Assembly (NCBI GenBank): GCA_000004985.1
Contig: GG738863.1
Origin: Naegleria gruberi
Taxonomy: Eukaryota
Direction: 5' to 3' (one strand)
Length of the DNA: 64,000 nucleotides
This document shows positions 21,619 through 32,212 of this stretch, one piece after another. How positions within the stretch are numbered: the first letter of the stretch is position 1; every line of letters starts with the position of its first letter. The notes under the pieces are model-generated. The model saw only the letters and a program-made list of their open reading frames with translations. It did no database searches and was not told the origin of the DNA. The translations under genes were made by a program, and so were the position numbers.

Positions 21619-22368
21619 ATGAGAAAGACATTGGTACTTGACCTTGACAATACTCTTGTTGCATCATTTTCAACAAGTAAAGCACAATTACTAGGATCTT
21701 GTGATTATGTTGTGTCAATACCAAGAGAAAAATATCATGACACAATCACAATAGCTGTCTTTAAGAGACCACATTTAGAAGAGTTTTTAGATGTTGCTTG
21801 TAGTTTATTTGATGTTTGGATTTTTACAGCTTCCGATAAATCATATGCTCAACCTGTTTGTGAAAATTTACTGAACAGTAAGGAAAGATTTAAAGGATGT
21901 CTATTTAGAGATTCACTGGTAAAAGGAGGAAAGGACTTGTCGATATTTAATGTAAATATGGATCAAATAATGATTATAGACGATGATGAATTTAATTTTC
22001 AAAATAATCCAAAAAGTAAGTACAAAAAAACTATTTAAATTAAATTTTGAAAAGATGGTGTTACCATTAATTCATTTGGATTTGATACTATTACAATACA
22101 GAAAGAGTTAAGATTGGATCATGAGCTCAGAGATTTTATCCCTCTTCTGAAATCTGTTGCAGACTCTCCAACTGTATTTGAACCAATATTACAATATAAG
22201 CAATTCCACTCGAGCAATTTCCAAAATTGTGACATTTCCCCATTAACATCCTCTTCCTCTAATACACCAGCTGTCACATCTTTCCATGCATTTTCACCTT
22301 TCGATGATATGAATGATGAAAAATCCCCAAACTCTGCAACTTCAGCAAGTTCTGACATTTTAATTTAA
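21619..22368 (+). CDS. NIF/FCP1-like HAD phosphatase (CTD small phosphatase-like), 2 exons
   Basis: Exons are 21619..22015 and 22055..22368; the intron is 22016-22054, phase 1. The DxDx(T/V) motif is 'LVLDLDNTLV'. Other matches are 'RPHLEEFLDVACSLFDVWIFTAS' and 'LRDFIPLLKSV', consistent with the SCP/Dullard family. Confidence 0.75.
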
Positions 22369-22640
22369 AATCCTTGTAAACTAACAAATAATTCCATAAA
22401 GAATTTTTGAATAATAGCAAATCCATTATTGTTTTTATCTAGCTCGCTAAGTCTTTCGATGTATTAAGAAATTTTCAAAGCATGATAAAAAATTTGAATT
22501 TTATTGGACTTGGTGAACATTGAGATCAAAGCACAACTACTAAGTCTTATTGATTTTCAATTATCCAGTAGTATTATTATTTTAAAAAGAACAAGAAATG
22601 AAAAAAAGCAAAATTGTAATTTTTTAATCCAACAAAAAAA

Positions 22641-22951
22641 ATGTTAGGCAAATCCACTCAAAGTCTTTTCTACAATCTCATCTGGAAGAGAACCTCAACA
22701 ACCGCTTTGTTCGTCGGTGTTGGTGCTCTCTGTTTTGAACAAGTTGTTGATAGAGGTATCGATGCTTTCTGGGATAACTACAACAAGGGTGTAAGTTTTT
22801 GGATAATCAAAATAATATTTAACTAAAATATCGGATGCGCAAACATCATCAATATCATCTTTTTATTATAAATAATTACTAACAGAGACAATTCAAGGAC
22901 ATTGAACCAATCTACAGAGAAAACGGATGGCTCAAGGAAGAAGAAGAATAA
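22641..22951 (+). CDS. QCR9: Ubiquinol-cytochrome c reductase subunit 9 (QCR9/UQCR10, 7.3 kDa), 2 exons
   Basis: Exons are 22641..22790 and 22886..22951; the intron is 22791-22885 with a TACTAAC branch-like motif just before the AG. The product 'MLGKSTQSLFYNLIWKRTSTTALFVGVGALCFEQVVDRGIDAFWDNYNKG|RQFKDIEPIYRENGWLKEEEE' matches the QCR9 architecture: TM helix, 'W..NKGK', acidic tail. Confidence 0.7.
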
Positions 22952-23404
22952 ATTTAATCTTCTCTATTTTTGAACACAACAACAACATCTTCTATTTCAT
23001 AGGGAAAATTTTAAAACATAATGAAGGAATCTAATCGATTATCTTTGATAACAATAAAAAAAGCTTTAAATTATAATTTAAATAGTATCCTATTCTAATT
23101 AACAATTTCAATAATTGGTAATGTTATTAATCTGGTTCGACATCAAACTACATTCCAAAAGTACAATTCATTTTCATCATGTAAGGTTCTTCAATCATAT
23201 GAAAGTACATTGTTGGATTGAAAAGGGATGACTTTGATCTGTGCAAAAACACGTATTTATTCCTTCCTCGTTTTTGCACGCCATCAAGACATTAAGTCCA
23301 GGTTAGTCCTTTCGTTGGTTGTGTGAGAGAATTATAAATTAAATCGAATTGCTGATCCACGTCTAACAAGAAACAATTCGATAAAAAATTACAAGATAAA
23401 AAAA

Positions 23405-24835
23405 ATGAAGAGCATTATCATCGCAATCTTGATTGCTCTCTTTGCTTGCACTTTTGTGTTTGCACAAGATTCTGTTGTTGATCTTACATCAAAGAACTTT
23501 GAAGAAAAGTTACAAGAAAAGGAATTTGCCTTGATTGAATTCTTTGCTCCATGGTGTGGTCATTGTAAGAAATTGGTCCCTGAATATAATAAGCTCGCTG
23601 AAAAGTTTGCTACCAATGAAAAGGTTAACATTTTCAAGGTTAATGGTGACCAAGAATCTGATGTCATGTCTAAGTTTGAAATTCAAGGTTTCCCAACTAT
23701 CAAGTTGTTCAAGAATGGTAAATTCTTCAGAGATTATGATGGTGAACGTACTGCTGATGCTATTGCTTCTTGGTTGCACAAGAAGACTGGTCCTGTCAGT
23801 ATTCCAATTGAATCTGCTGAAGCTTTGGATCAATTGAAGGCTTCCTCTAAGGTTATTGTTGTTGGTTTCGTTTCATCAAAGACTTCTGAAACCTACAAGA
23901 AGTTCCTCCAAGCTGCTGATGATAAGGATTTGGAAGAATTCATTGTTGCTGAAGTTGTTGACAATGCTGAATTGAATGCCAAATTCGATATTAAGCAAGA
24001 TTCTGTTGTTGTTATCAGAGATTTTGATGCTACTCCTGCTGTTTCTACTGATTTCGATGCTATTGCCACTTTTGTCAAGGATAATGGTTATCCATTGGTT
24101 GATGAAGTTAGTGGTGCTACTTTCCAAAGATTTGTTGATAAGGCTTTGCCAATTGGTGTCCTTTTCATTGATTTCTCCAATGCTGAAACTAAACAAAAGC
24201 ACGTTGAAGAATTGAACGAAATTGCTCAATCATTCAAGGGTAAGGTTTCATTGGGTTACTCTGATGCTGCTGTTTATGGTGGTCAATTGGAAGTTATGGG
24301 TGGTAAGAAGGATGCCATTCCAGGTTTCGCTGTCATGGATTTGGAAACTAGATCAAACTATCCACTCAATATTGATACTGTTAATAAGGAAGAAATCATT
24401 GCTTTCCTTACCAAGGTTTTGGCTGGTGAAGTTCCAAAGTTCTTGAGATCTCAAGAAATTCCAGAAGAAAACAATGAAGCTGTTAAGGTTGTTGTCGGAA
24501 AGTCATTTGATGATTTGGTTATTAACAATGATAATGATGTTTTGCTCGAATTCTATGCTCCATGGTGTGGTCACTGTAAGTCACTCGAACCAAAGTACAC
24601 TCAATTGGCTGAAGAATTGAAGTCTGTCTCTGGTTTGGTTATTGCCAAGATTGATGCTTCTGAAAATGATACTCCAATCAACATTGAAGGTTTCCCAACC
24701 ATTTACTTCTTCCCTAAGGGTGGTAAGGCTTCTCCAGTTTTGTATGAAGGTGATAGAACTGTTGAAAGCTTAAAGACTTTCTTACAAAAGAATGCTGTTG
24801 GTGCTGTTTTCACTGAAAAGAAGGACGAATTGTAA
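23405..24835 (+). CDS. PDI: Protein disulfide isomerase (a-b-b'-a' architecture)
   Basis: It has a signal peptide. Two thioredoxin active sites read 'APWCGHCK' at about aa 48 and aa 387. The ER-retention tail is 'KKDEL'. Single exon. Confidence 0.9.
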   Translation: MKSIIIAILIALFACTFVFAQDSVVDLTSKNFEEKLQEKEFALIEFFAPWCGHCKKLVPEYNKLAEKFATNEKVNIFKVNGDQESDVMSKFEIQGFPTIKLFKNGKFFRDYDGERTADAIASWLHKKTGPVSIPIESAEALDQLKASSKVIVVGFVSSKTSETYKKFLQAADDKDLEEFIVAEVVDNAELNAKFDIKQDSVVVIRDFDATPAVSTDFDAIATFVKDNGYPLVDEVSGATFQRFVDKALPIGVLFIDFSNAETKQKHVEELNEIAQSFKGKVSLGYSDAAVYGGQLEVMGGKKDAIPGFAVMDLETRSNYPLNIDTVNKEEIIAFLTKVLAGEVPKFLRSQEIPEENNEAVKVVVGKSFDDLVINNDNDVLLEFYAPWCGHCKSLEPKYTQLAEELKSVSGLVIAKIDASENDTPINIEGFPTIYFFPKGGKASPVLYEGDRTVESLKTFLQKNAVGAVFTEKKDEL

Positions 24836-25460
24836 ATTTACATTTTAAACCCAATCTCTAAATAAATATATTTATTCATAAAAAGTTATTCTTCAATCAA
24901 TAATTAGAACTTCAACAATATTAAGGTTGTTTTCAAAAGAATTTAGTTGTACTATTATTGCACAGCTGTTTTCTGTAGATGAGAAAATGGACAAAAAAAT
25001 CACAAGTAAATGATCAACAATTAAAACTAGTGAATGTAGTGTTCGATATCGATAGAAAAGAGAATAACCACATACATTGTTTGGTTGGAATTAGTGTTAT
25101 TTTAACATGGGTATGACTCATAGTAGGAAATAGATGATGTTCATAAAATGGTTGAAGTACAAACAAAGAAGAAAATAGAGGATAATGGATGACAATTTAA
25201 AGTTTTTAAATTATGTGGATGACAAATTTCTTCATATGAAACTCCAATGTAAAATATTATTCAATATTAAATTATATTATAAATTTGTTTTATTTATCGC
25301 GGAAGAGAGATTATCATTAAAATTTTAATTGGTTCTATCAATTAACAACAATTTTCTCTTCGCCAGGTGTTCTTTTTGTAAACGGTTGACTTGGTCATTG
25401 GTAACAAATTTGTTTTTAAAAAAAAAGTCTCTACGTAGATTTATCCACCATTATATAAAA

Positions 25461-26110
25461 ATGTCGAACAGTTTCAATCTTTTGGAACACGCTTCAAACA
25501 GCGATCCACTCGAAATTGCTTCATCTGCCAAGAAGGAAGTTAAGCAAGAAAAGCCAAAAGTTGAAGAAAAGAAGCCAGTTCAACAACAAAGAAAGCCAAA
25601 GCCAACTTCTGCTCCATCCGAAGTTGTCGAAGAAGGTTTCCAAGGAACCCGTTCTAAGACTAGAGGTGGTAGACAACAACACCAAGGATACCAACCACCA
25701 AAGAAGGGTAGAACTTTCGATCGTCATGTCTCTGGTACTGGTANNNNNNNNNNNNNNNNNNNNNNNNNNNNNNNNNNNNNNNNNNNNNNNNNNTTCCAAA
25801 AGGAAAAGAAGAAGGTTGAAAAGGCTGCTGAAAAGAGTCTGCTGCTTCTAAGCCAAAGACTGTTGCTGTTTCTGAATTCTTAGATACTGCTTCAATTGAA
25901 AAGATCAAGGAAAGAAGAGATAAGGAATTGTTGGAAGGTCCAAAGCAACCAAGAGGTCCAAGACAAGACAGACCAGAAAGAACTGATAGAAAGGGTGGTA
26001 AGCCACAAAACAAGGGTCAAAAGGGTGCCAAGCCAGCCTCAGGCCAAAAGAAGCCACGTCCAGTCATCAACAAGGAAAAGGACTTCCCTGCTCTCAGCCC
26101 ACAAAACTAA
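25461..26110 (+). CDS. Stm1/SERBP1/HABP4-family mRNA-binding, ribosome-associated protein; interrupted by a gap and an apparent frameshift
   Basis: N-terminus 'MSNSFNLLEH...RGGRQQHQGYQPPKKGRTFDRHVSGTG' (Stm1_N-like). The C-terminus 'PRGPRQDRPERTDRKGGKPQNKGQKGAKP...KEKDFPAL' is typical of the family. The 50-N gap at 25744-25793 and a +2 frame change near 25838 (AAEKS|SAASKPKTVAVSEF) split it into three track ORFs. Confidence 0.6.
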
Positions 26111-26162
26111 ATTTGTTGAACCTAAAAAAAACCATATAAATATAATTTAAAATTCTTAAAAT

Positions 26163-26861
26163 TTATTCATAATTTATTTTAGCACTTTTCCATGTTTTTC
26201 CCCAATTTTCATCTGTTTGAATATGACCCTTTCTTACATACTTGGCAATATTTCGTTCAAAATCCTTGTTTGCAAATGTTTGAGTTGATTTGATAACAAA
26301 TCCTTCTAGACCTTCTCCTCCTCCGACTTGACTAATCTTCTTATCTTTAATTCTTTCATCCATCCATTGTTTAATTTCATCAAGAGAAGTGAATGTACCT
26401 CTGTATAGAACTGGAACAATTGGAACCATACTCGATAAATCATTATCATTAATAAAATTGATCATTTCATCCCATCCATACCATCTATTATCTTGTAAAT
26501 CTAAAATTGCAAATAAATAAAAGTATGATTTCAAATTATTATATTCTATAGAGTGAATTCCGTACATATTCTCTCCAAACAATACTAAATGATCAGGTAT
26601 CAGAAATGAAAATTGAGAATATAATTGTTTGATAGGTCCAAAACTTGCATGTGTTGCCTCCTTATTTGTTGTTCTAGCAAAGATCTTTCCTTGAAATAAT
26701 TGACAATTGCCACCATCCATCTTTTCGGTAATAATCACTTCTTGACCAACAAATTGTGTACAATGTTGATTGGAAAGTACAACATCATCATCTTGATGTT
26801 CGGGAGAGAATGGTAAATGTGGTGTTTTTGGATACTTTTGTGTTTGAAATTTAGATGCCAT
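26163..26861 (-). CDS. ATP-dependent RNA ligase-like nucleotidyltransferase domain protein (Rnl2/PF09414-like, stand-alone)
   Basis: 232 aa. Motif I is 'ITEKMDGGN' (KxDG with the lysine nucleophile). Motif III-like is 'LFGENMYG'. Motif IV is 'EGFVIK'. Motif V is 'KYVRKG'. No kinase or CPD domains are attached. Confidence 0.6.
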   Translation of the reverse strand: MASKFQTQKYPKTPHLPFSPEHQDDDVVLSNQHCTQFVGQEVIITEKMDGGNCQLFQGKIFARTTNKEATHASFGPIKQLYSQFSFLIPDHLVLFGENMYGIHSIEYNNLKSYFYLFAILDLQDNRWYGWDEMINFINDNDLSSMVPIVPVLYRGTFTSLDEIKQWMDERIKDKKISQVGGGEGLEGFVIKSTQTFANKDFERNIAKYVRKGHIQTDENWGKTWKSAKINYE

Positions 26862-27540
26862 TATTATTAAAAGTGTTGATTGTTTTTTTTGATTTTCTTG
26901 TTCTCAATAGTAATTTAAAGATAAAGTATTCTGAGATTCAAATCTATATTTAACTCTCAGTTTTGAATTTGAAACTTTTTTACAACAAATGTTTATTTAA
27001 CAGATTCTGTTAAGTTCAAATGAGTTACATATTCCAATCCTCACTTTCAACAGTTTTCATCAAATAATTAAATATATTGAAAGTGGGATCACATAATCCA
27101 TTCCTCATTATACTTGCAGGCATCAATGGCAGGTATCCATAGCATTAATCATCAATGAAGAACCTCTAATATCAGTGAAATTGGAGGCCTTGTTTGACAG
27201 CTGGATATCATTTACATAATATGATGCTTTTAAGGAATAATCCATAAGATAAGATCCAGAAAATTCGTGAAATGATTTAACAAGTAGTAAATCAATACTA
27301 TTTCATTGACTTTTGCTCTAGTACCACTATTATACCAATTCAATTTTTGATGGCTGTATGTTAGCCAATCTGTTTCTGATTGCTGTGCTAATAGTTTGAG
27401 TGTATTGAACAATATTTGTTGGACCTATCACTTGATACAGCTTATGTGGGTAATTGAAAGTTTAACTAAAATAAATAAATAATACAAAAGCTTCAATAAT
27501 TACATAAATAAAAAGCTTCAAAACTGTTCGCGTTTTAAAG

Positions 27541-27614
27541 AAATAAAAAATACGCCGTAAGGGAGTCGAACCCTTGACCTTCAGCGTGTAAAGCTGACGA
27601 TCTAACCAACTGAT
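27541..27614 (-). tRNA. tRNA-Val (anticodon UAC)
   Basis: The reverse complement GCGCCGTTAGATCAGTTGGTTAGATCGTCAGCTTTACACGCTGAAGGTCAAGGGTTCGACTCCCTTACGGCGTA folds into a canonical cloverleaf with a 7-bp acceptor stem (G1·U terminal pair). The D-arm is GATC/GATC with an AGTTGGTTA loop. The anticodon stem is TCAGC/GCTGA, the loop is TTTACAC (anticodon TAC). The T-arm is AAGGG-TTCGACT-CCCTT. The discriminator is A. There is no intron and no encoded CCA. Confidence 0.85.
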
Positions 27615-27821
27615 CTAACGGCGCTTGCAACATTTCCAAAAAATTTCCTAACTAATCAAATCAACATTAAAATCCTAAATGTAAACTTGTCCTTTTTCTT
27701 GTTCTTAATAGCTATCAGTAAAGATAAAGTAAATTTTCATTTCTTCTCCTCACTTTCAATAGTTTCATCAAATAATAAATTTATATTTAAATAAATTCGC
27801 AAATGAACAAGAAGTAAAAAA

Positions 27822-28502
27822 ATGCCTAAATTCTATTGCGATTATTGTGATGTATTTTTAACAAATGATTCAATTTCTGTCCGAAAACTTCATTGCAAAG
27901 GTTGGAGACATAAAACCAATGTAAGAGCTTTTTTTGCTCAATTTGTTGGAGATCCTACAAGTGCTCTCATGGTTTCAACTCAACAAGTGCCTAAAGAAGA
28001 CGCAAAGGAAGTTCCAAGTTTAATGATTGGAGTACAACCCGAACAAATGATGATGGGTGTACCTTTACTAGTGAATGGAATGCTTGTACAAAATGGAGTT
28101 ATTCTTCCAAATCCTTCAGCATCAGGAACAATGATGATCTTACAAAATAATTTATCAAATACAAACAATAATCAAACAATACAAACATCATCAACAACAA
28201 CAACAACATCATCTTCTGCTGCTAGTAATCCTACTCAACATATTTCTAATAATGTACTTCATGCAATAGGTCAAATGACAAAAACACCAGAAAATTCAAT
28301 TCCTCCATTCCCTGATACCTCATTCAAGCCACCATTTGCAGATGAAAATTCACAACAACCAAATTGGTTTTTATTTCCTCCACCACCTCCTCCTCACTTG
28401 ATTAATTTATGTCCAAATATTCCACTTACAGGAAGTTATCAGCAAACAGCACCATCACCTCCATTCCCATACATGTTACAAAAACAAAAAGTTGTAAATT
28501 AA
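27822..28502 (+). CDS. SNRPC: U1 small nuclear ribonucleoprotein C (U1-C) with a Pro/Met/Thr-rich C-terminal tail
   Basis: The N-terminus '[38 protein letters not shown]' is near-identical to the U1-C C2H2 zinc finger '[34 protein letters not shown]'. The downstream low-complexity tail is typical of the family. Confidence 0.85.
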   Translation: [226 protein letters not shown]

Positions 28503-29957
28503 TTGATCAATGTCACTAAGAGTTTGAATAATTGCAATTACCACAAAAAACAGATGGGATTTGCACTTAATAAAATAGCCATTTCTGTTCTCAATCTTGT
28601 TCTAAATATTTCATAATGTGAAATTCATAAATATTGTGTTTGCCTCAATGATTTTGAACTATTTGTTTGTTGGACCATCAAGTCAATCTCATCTTTTAAT
28701 TATTGTTTAATGTCTTGTTCTTTTAATTTCATTACCGTGAAAGGATGAATGGTGATATTAATCAAGATTGTAGATATTTTTTTAACTGAAGGAGATGAGG
28801 ATTGGTTGACTTGTTGTGAAAATTAAGGTAATGGTCAAGCAAAACTGTAAACACCTTACAATGTGACTCACTACAGAAAGGCTCTAAAATGTTTCCAATA
28901 AGTGCATTTAGTCCAGTTATTCACCAACTCCTTTAGTGAATTGGATTTATTCGAATCATCATATTTGACCACAAGACCGACGTGGACTTCCTCTATTGGA
29001 AACCTCACACAACCAATTCATACTTGAACAATAACATCCGTAGTTTAACACGAAGTGAACAGTAGTTTGATTTGTAAACTTGTCAATTGAGAATCTACTT
29101 TTTTAAAAAATCTGTAGTTGAATTTTGGCACTTTTTAATTTATTTCTTTTATTGGTTTGAAATCACATGAAAAAGAAAGACAGACCCACATTAATTTCAA
29201 AATAACAATTGTCACTATTATACCTTCATTTTGATGTTTCAGTCCGTTCCTTCTATTTTTTAACACGAATCTCTTAATTTACCAAAATTTTCTAATTTCA
29301 GTAAATTGTGCACAAATAATCACAAACATTTCTTGATTGGATTACAAAGCAACAAAAGCAACACGGCTCCCAAAACTCACTCTTATTGTATTGAACTATA
29401 AAGATGTTTCATCATTGTAACATATATTCTATTGGTTCGCCCAACCATTTAATACTACTGCAGCATTTACTTGAGAGCTGTTGTAGTTGAACTGTAAAAC
29501 TGTAACAATTAGCTTATCCACACACACATCGTGTGAACATCAACGTTTAGAGCCGTTAATGGTTCAGTGCAGTGGTTGAAGAAGAGGAGGTTTCACTGAT
29601 GTGATGTAGTTCAGTGTGTGAAGGTAATAATAAGTATTTTTGGGTAAATCATGAGAGGCTTCAAGAAGAGCACTGCAATAGGTGTTAATAACATCAAATT
29701 GATGCGCATCGTTTAGGCGCCCAACGAATCCTGCAGTGCATTAAACAGGTCGTTCAACGGAGCAATTTGTACCAACACCAAAATTTCTGGCTGGTTATTA
29801 TTATCTTTGTTGTGTGGTTTTAAAAAGAAGCCGACGCAGTAATTTTTTATTTATTCATCCAAAAAAACACAACAACAACATTGCCACACAGCAACCAATA
29901 GCGAATTGATTGCCCGCCATTTTTCACTTCCAATATTCACTCGCACTCTAGTCTGAA

Positions 29958-30284
29958 ATGTGTCATCCACAAACTATTCAATATCAAACCATCGAATGTG
30001 CTTCACCAAGTTTACATTTTGTGAATCCAAAGATAATGTTTGCTAGTACTCCTGTTTCAAAAAGAGTTGTTCAACCTCCAGAACAATTTGCAATTTATAA
30101 GAGAGCTAAGGAGGAATTGAGAAGAGATACACATAATCAACTTTTAATGGAACAAGCTTCTGGACAATCATATAAGAATGTTTGTCGTAAGCTTGTTTTT
30201 GATAATATGGATGATGATGATGTCACAATTACATCACCATCTAACTTTCAAATCCATACTCCAAAGTTGTTTGGTCAACCATAA
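29958..30284 (+). CDS. Hypothetical small protein (108 aa)
   Basis: ORF only; no recognisable domain. It lies downstream of an unusually GC-enriched intergenic island. Confidence 0.2.
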   Translation: MCHPQTIQYQTIECASPSLHFVNPKIMFASTPVSKRVVQPPEQFAIYKRAKEELRRDTHNQLLMEQASGQSYKNVCRKLVFDNMDDDDVTITSPSNFQIHTPKLFGQP

Positions 30285-30643
30285 TTTTCCTTCTAACATC
30301 TACCCCCTACCTACCCTGTAAATTATTCCCTCAATTTTGAAGTATTTATTTCTCTAGGCATGCAACTGAGTAACTTGTAAATATCTGAATGACATTTTGG
30401 TAATAAACATTAAAGTCAATTTTCACCATTCAACACATAAAAAATGTTATTTTAGCAATGAACCCCTAAATCGTTTGGGCTTCTAGGGGAATTCGCTCTT
30501 ACAACCTTCAACTAAGAACAAGCAAAGAAGTTTCACACAAGTTGTTGTAATCGATAGGTGAAACTACAGATAATCCTTCCTTCCATTGCAAAACTGTAGA
30601 TGATTTTATTGTGTACTAGATTCTACTTCATTGTCGAACATTC

Positions 30644-31975
30644 TTATAATTTTGATACATTTTGAAAAGAGGGAAGAAATCTATCCACAATAACTGACCA
30701 TCTCTGATTAATATCAATTCCTTGTTCTAATTTTCTTGATACTATTTCTCTGATTCCTGTATTCGAATTTTGTTTGAAAAGATTGAAGAGCATTAAAATT
30801 TCATCATCTGTTAATCTAAATAGAATGCATGAAGCTGTGGATGGCGAAATATTTTGTTTCACCGTTAAATAGTTGAAGGCACCATTTAAATATTGTTTGC
30901 TTCTCATTAGACGAAACAATCCAATAAGTGTCAGTATTATGAATGGTATCTTTGATACTCTGGCAAACCATCTTGGAAAAGATGGAAGATCTGATGTGAT
31001 ACTAATGATTGAAATCAAGTAGAAAAGCAATGACTCTGATGAACCTCTTGTAATTGGAGAAAGCAATTTCCTAAGTCTACTTGGTGAAAGAGAGTAAGCA
31101 AACTCTTCCTCAAACATTTCAGATCCAACACATTCCCTACATGCATGTATAATTTCGTGTAATATCAATTCGTTTCTATCGAGAGAATAATATATTTGTT
31201 TATCCTTGAGAAGTGAATGTAATTGAATGAATACTCCAAATCCTTTCACAGAAATACTAATACCTCCACTTGTCAATGGAAGTGAGTTGCTTTCATAAAT
31301 TCCAGGAATCCATAAACAATTTTGAATTCCAAATTTTTCTTTCAATGGCTGTGTTACTTCTGCATTTTGAAAATGTTCCACAGGAATAAATTCATTCTTT
31401 CCCTTTAGGTAGATTTTTCTATATGATTCACATTTTAAAACTAGTCTAATTTGTTTGATGATAAATGAAATATACTCGTGATATGTTTTGGTTTTACCCC
31501 AAATAAATCCACATTTGTCAAGATAGATCAATATTTCTTTTGGAATTGGTTGACCATCTTTCAACTCGTTCAGATATTTAATAATTGTTGGCAATTCCTT
31601 ATTAATCGTCATTAACTGTACAAATTGAGATTTTTCGAGTGTGGTCAAAATATCCACTCCACCTCCCAAAGATTCTACCAAACTATTTACAATAAATTTA
31701 ACATTTAATTCCAACCAATTATTATTCAATATAGTATTCAATGATTCTTTCCGACCTTGAACATCAACTTTAAAATTATTCAACCATTTAAATATCCTAT
31801 TCTTGTTCTTGTAATAATAATCATCCTGATATTCATCTTTAAATAATAAGAATAGCAAACTAGTCTTGCTCTTTACATAAACAATTAGTAATTTCAGAAT
31901 TTCAATCCTCATCAAATCCAAGTCTTCTTCCGATCGATCAACATTCGGAACAAGTGCTTGTTGTTTAATTTTCAT
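30644..31975 (-). CDS. Hypothetical protein with an HExxH motif and C-terminal hydrophobic segments (possible membrane zinc metalloprotease-like)
   Basis: 443-aa ORF. It contains 'ELILHEIIHACRECVGSEMFEEEFAY' (HExxH...E) followed by predicted TM segments 'LLFYLISIISIT' and 'IPFIILTLIGLF'. The family is not identified. Confidence 0.4.
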   Translation of the reverse strand: MKIKQQALVPNVDRSEEDLDLMRIEILKLLIVYVKSKTSLLFLLFKDEYQDDYYYKNKNRIFKWLNNFKVDVQGRKESLNTILNNNWLELNVKFIVNSLVESLGGGVDILTTLEKSQFVQLMTINKELPTIIKYLNELKDGQPIPKEILIYLDKCGFIWGKTKTYHEYISFIIKQIRLVLKCESYRKIYLKGKNEFIPVEHFQNAEVTQPLKEKFGIQNCLWIPGIYESNSLPLTSGGISISVKGFGVFIQLHSLLKDKQIYYSLDRNELILHEIIHACRECVGSEMFEEEFAYSLSPSRLRKLLSPITRGSSESLLFYLISIISITSDLPSFPRWFARVSKIPFIILTLIGLFRLMRSKQYLNGAFNYLTVKQNISPSTASCILFRLTDDEILMLFNLFKQNSNTGIREIVSRKLEQGIDINQRWSVIVDRFLPSFQNVSKL

Positions 31976-32212
31976 CCTTTATGCATTGGTGTATAGGGAA
32001 TATTTTGAAAGGCTTTAAATTATTTTTTTGAATTACAAATAACTAATAAGAATTAACAAATATATTATTGAGGAAGATTGTGATGAATGTTTGATTTATG
32101 TGTATGATTGATTCATCTTTTAAAATTTCAAATCTAGCCTTGATCCTCTTTAATACAATTTTTCATTAAAATTTATTACAAAATTAAAAAAAACTAGGCT
32201 ACAAGAAAGAGG

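Noticed and set aside
23510-24446. Multiple antisense and alternative-frame ORFs (60-117 aa) overlapping the PDI gene, and similar ones inside the SNF2, PLB-like and exportin genes
   Set aside because: They are low-complexity translations of the opposite strand or an off-frame of strongly supported genes. They have no start context or homology.
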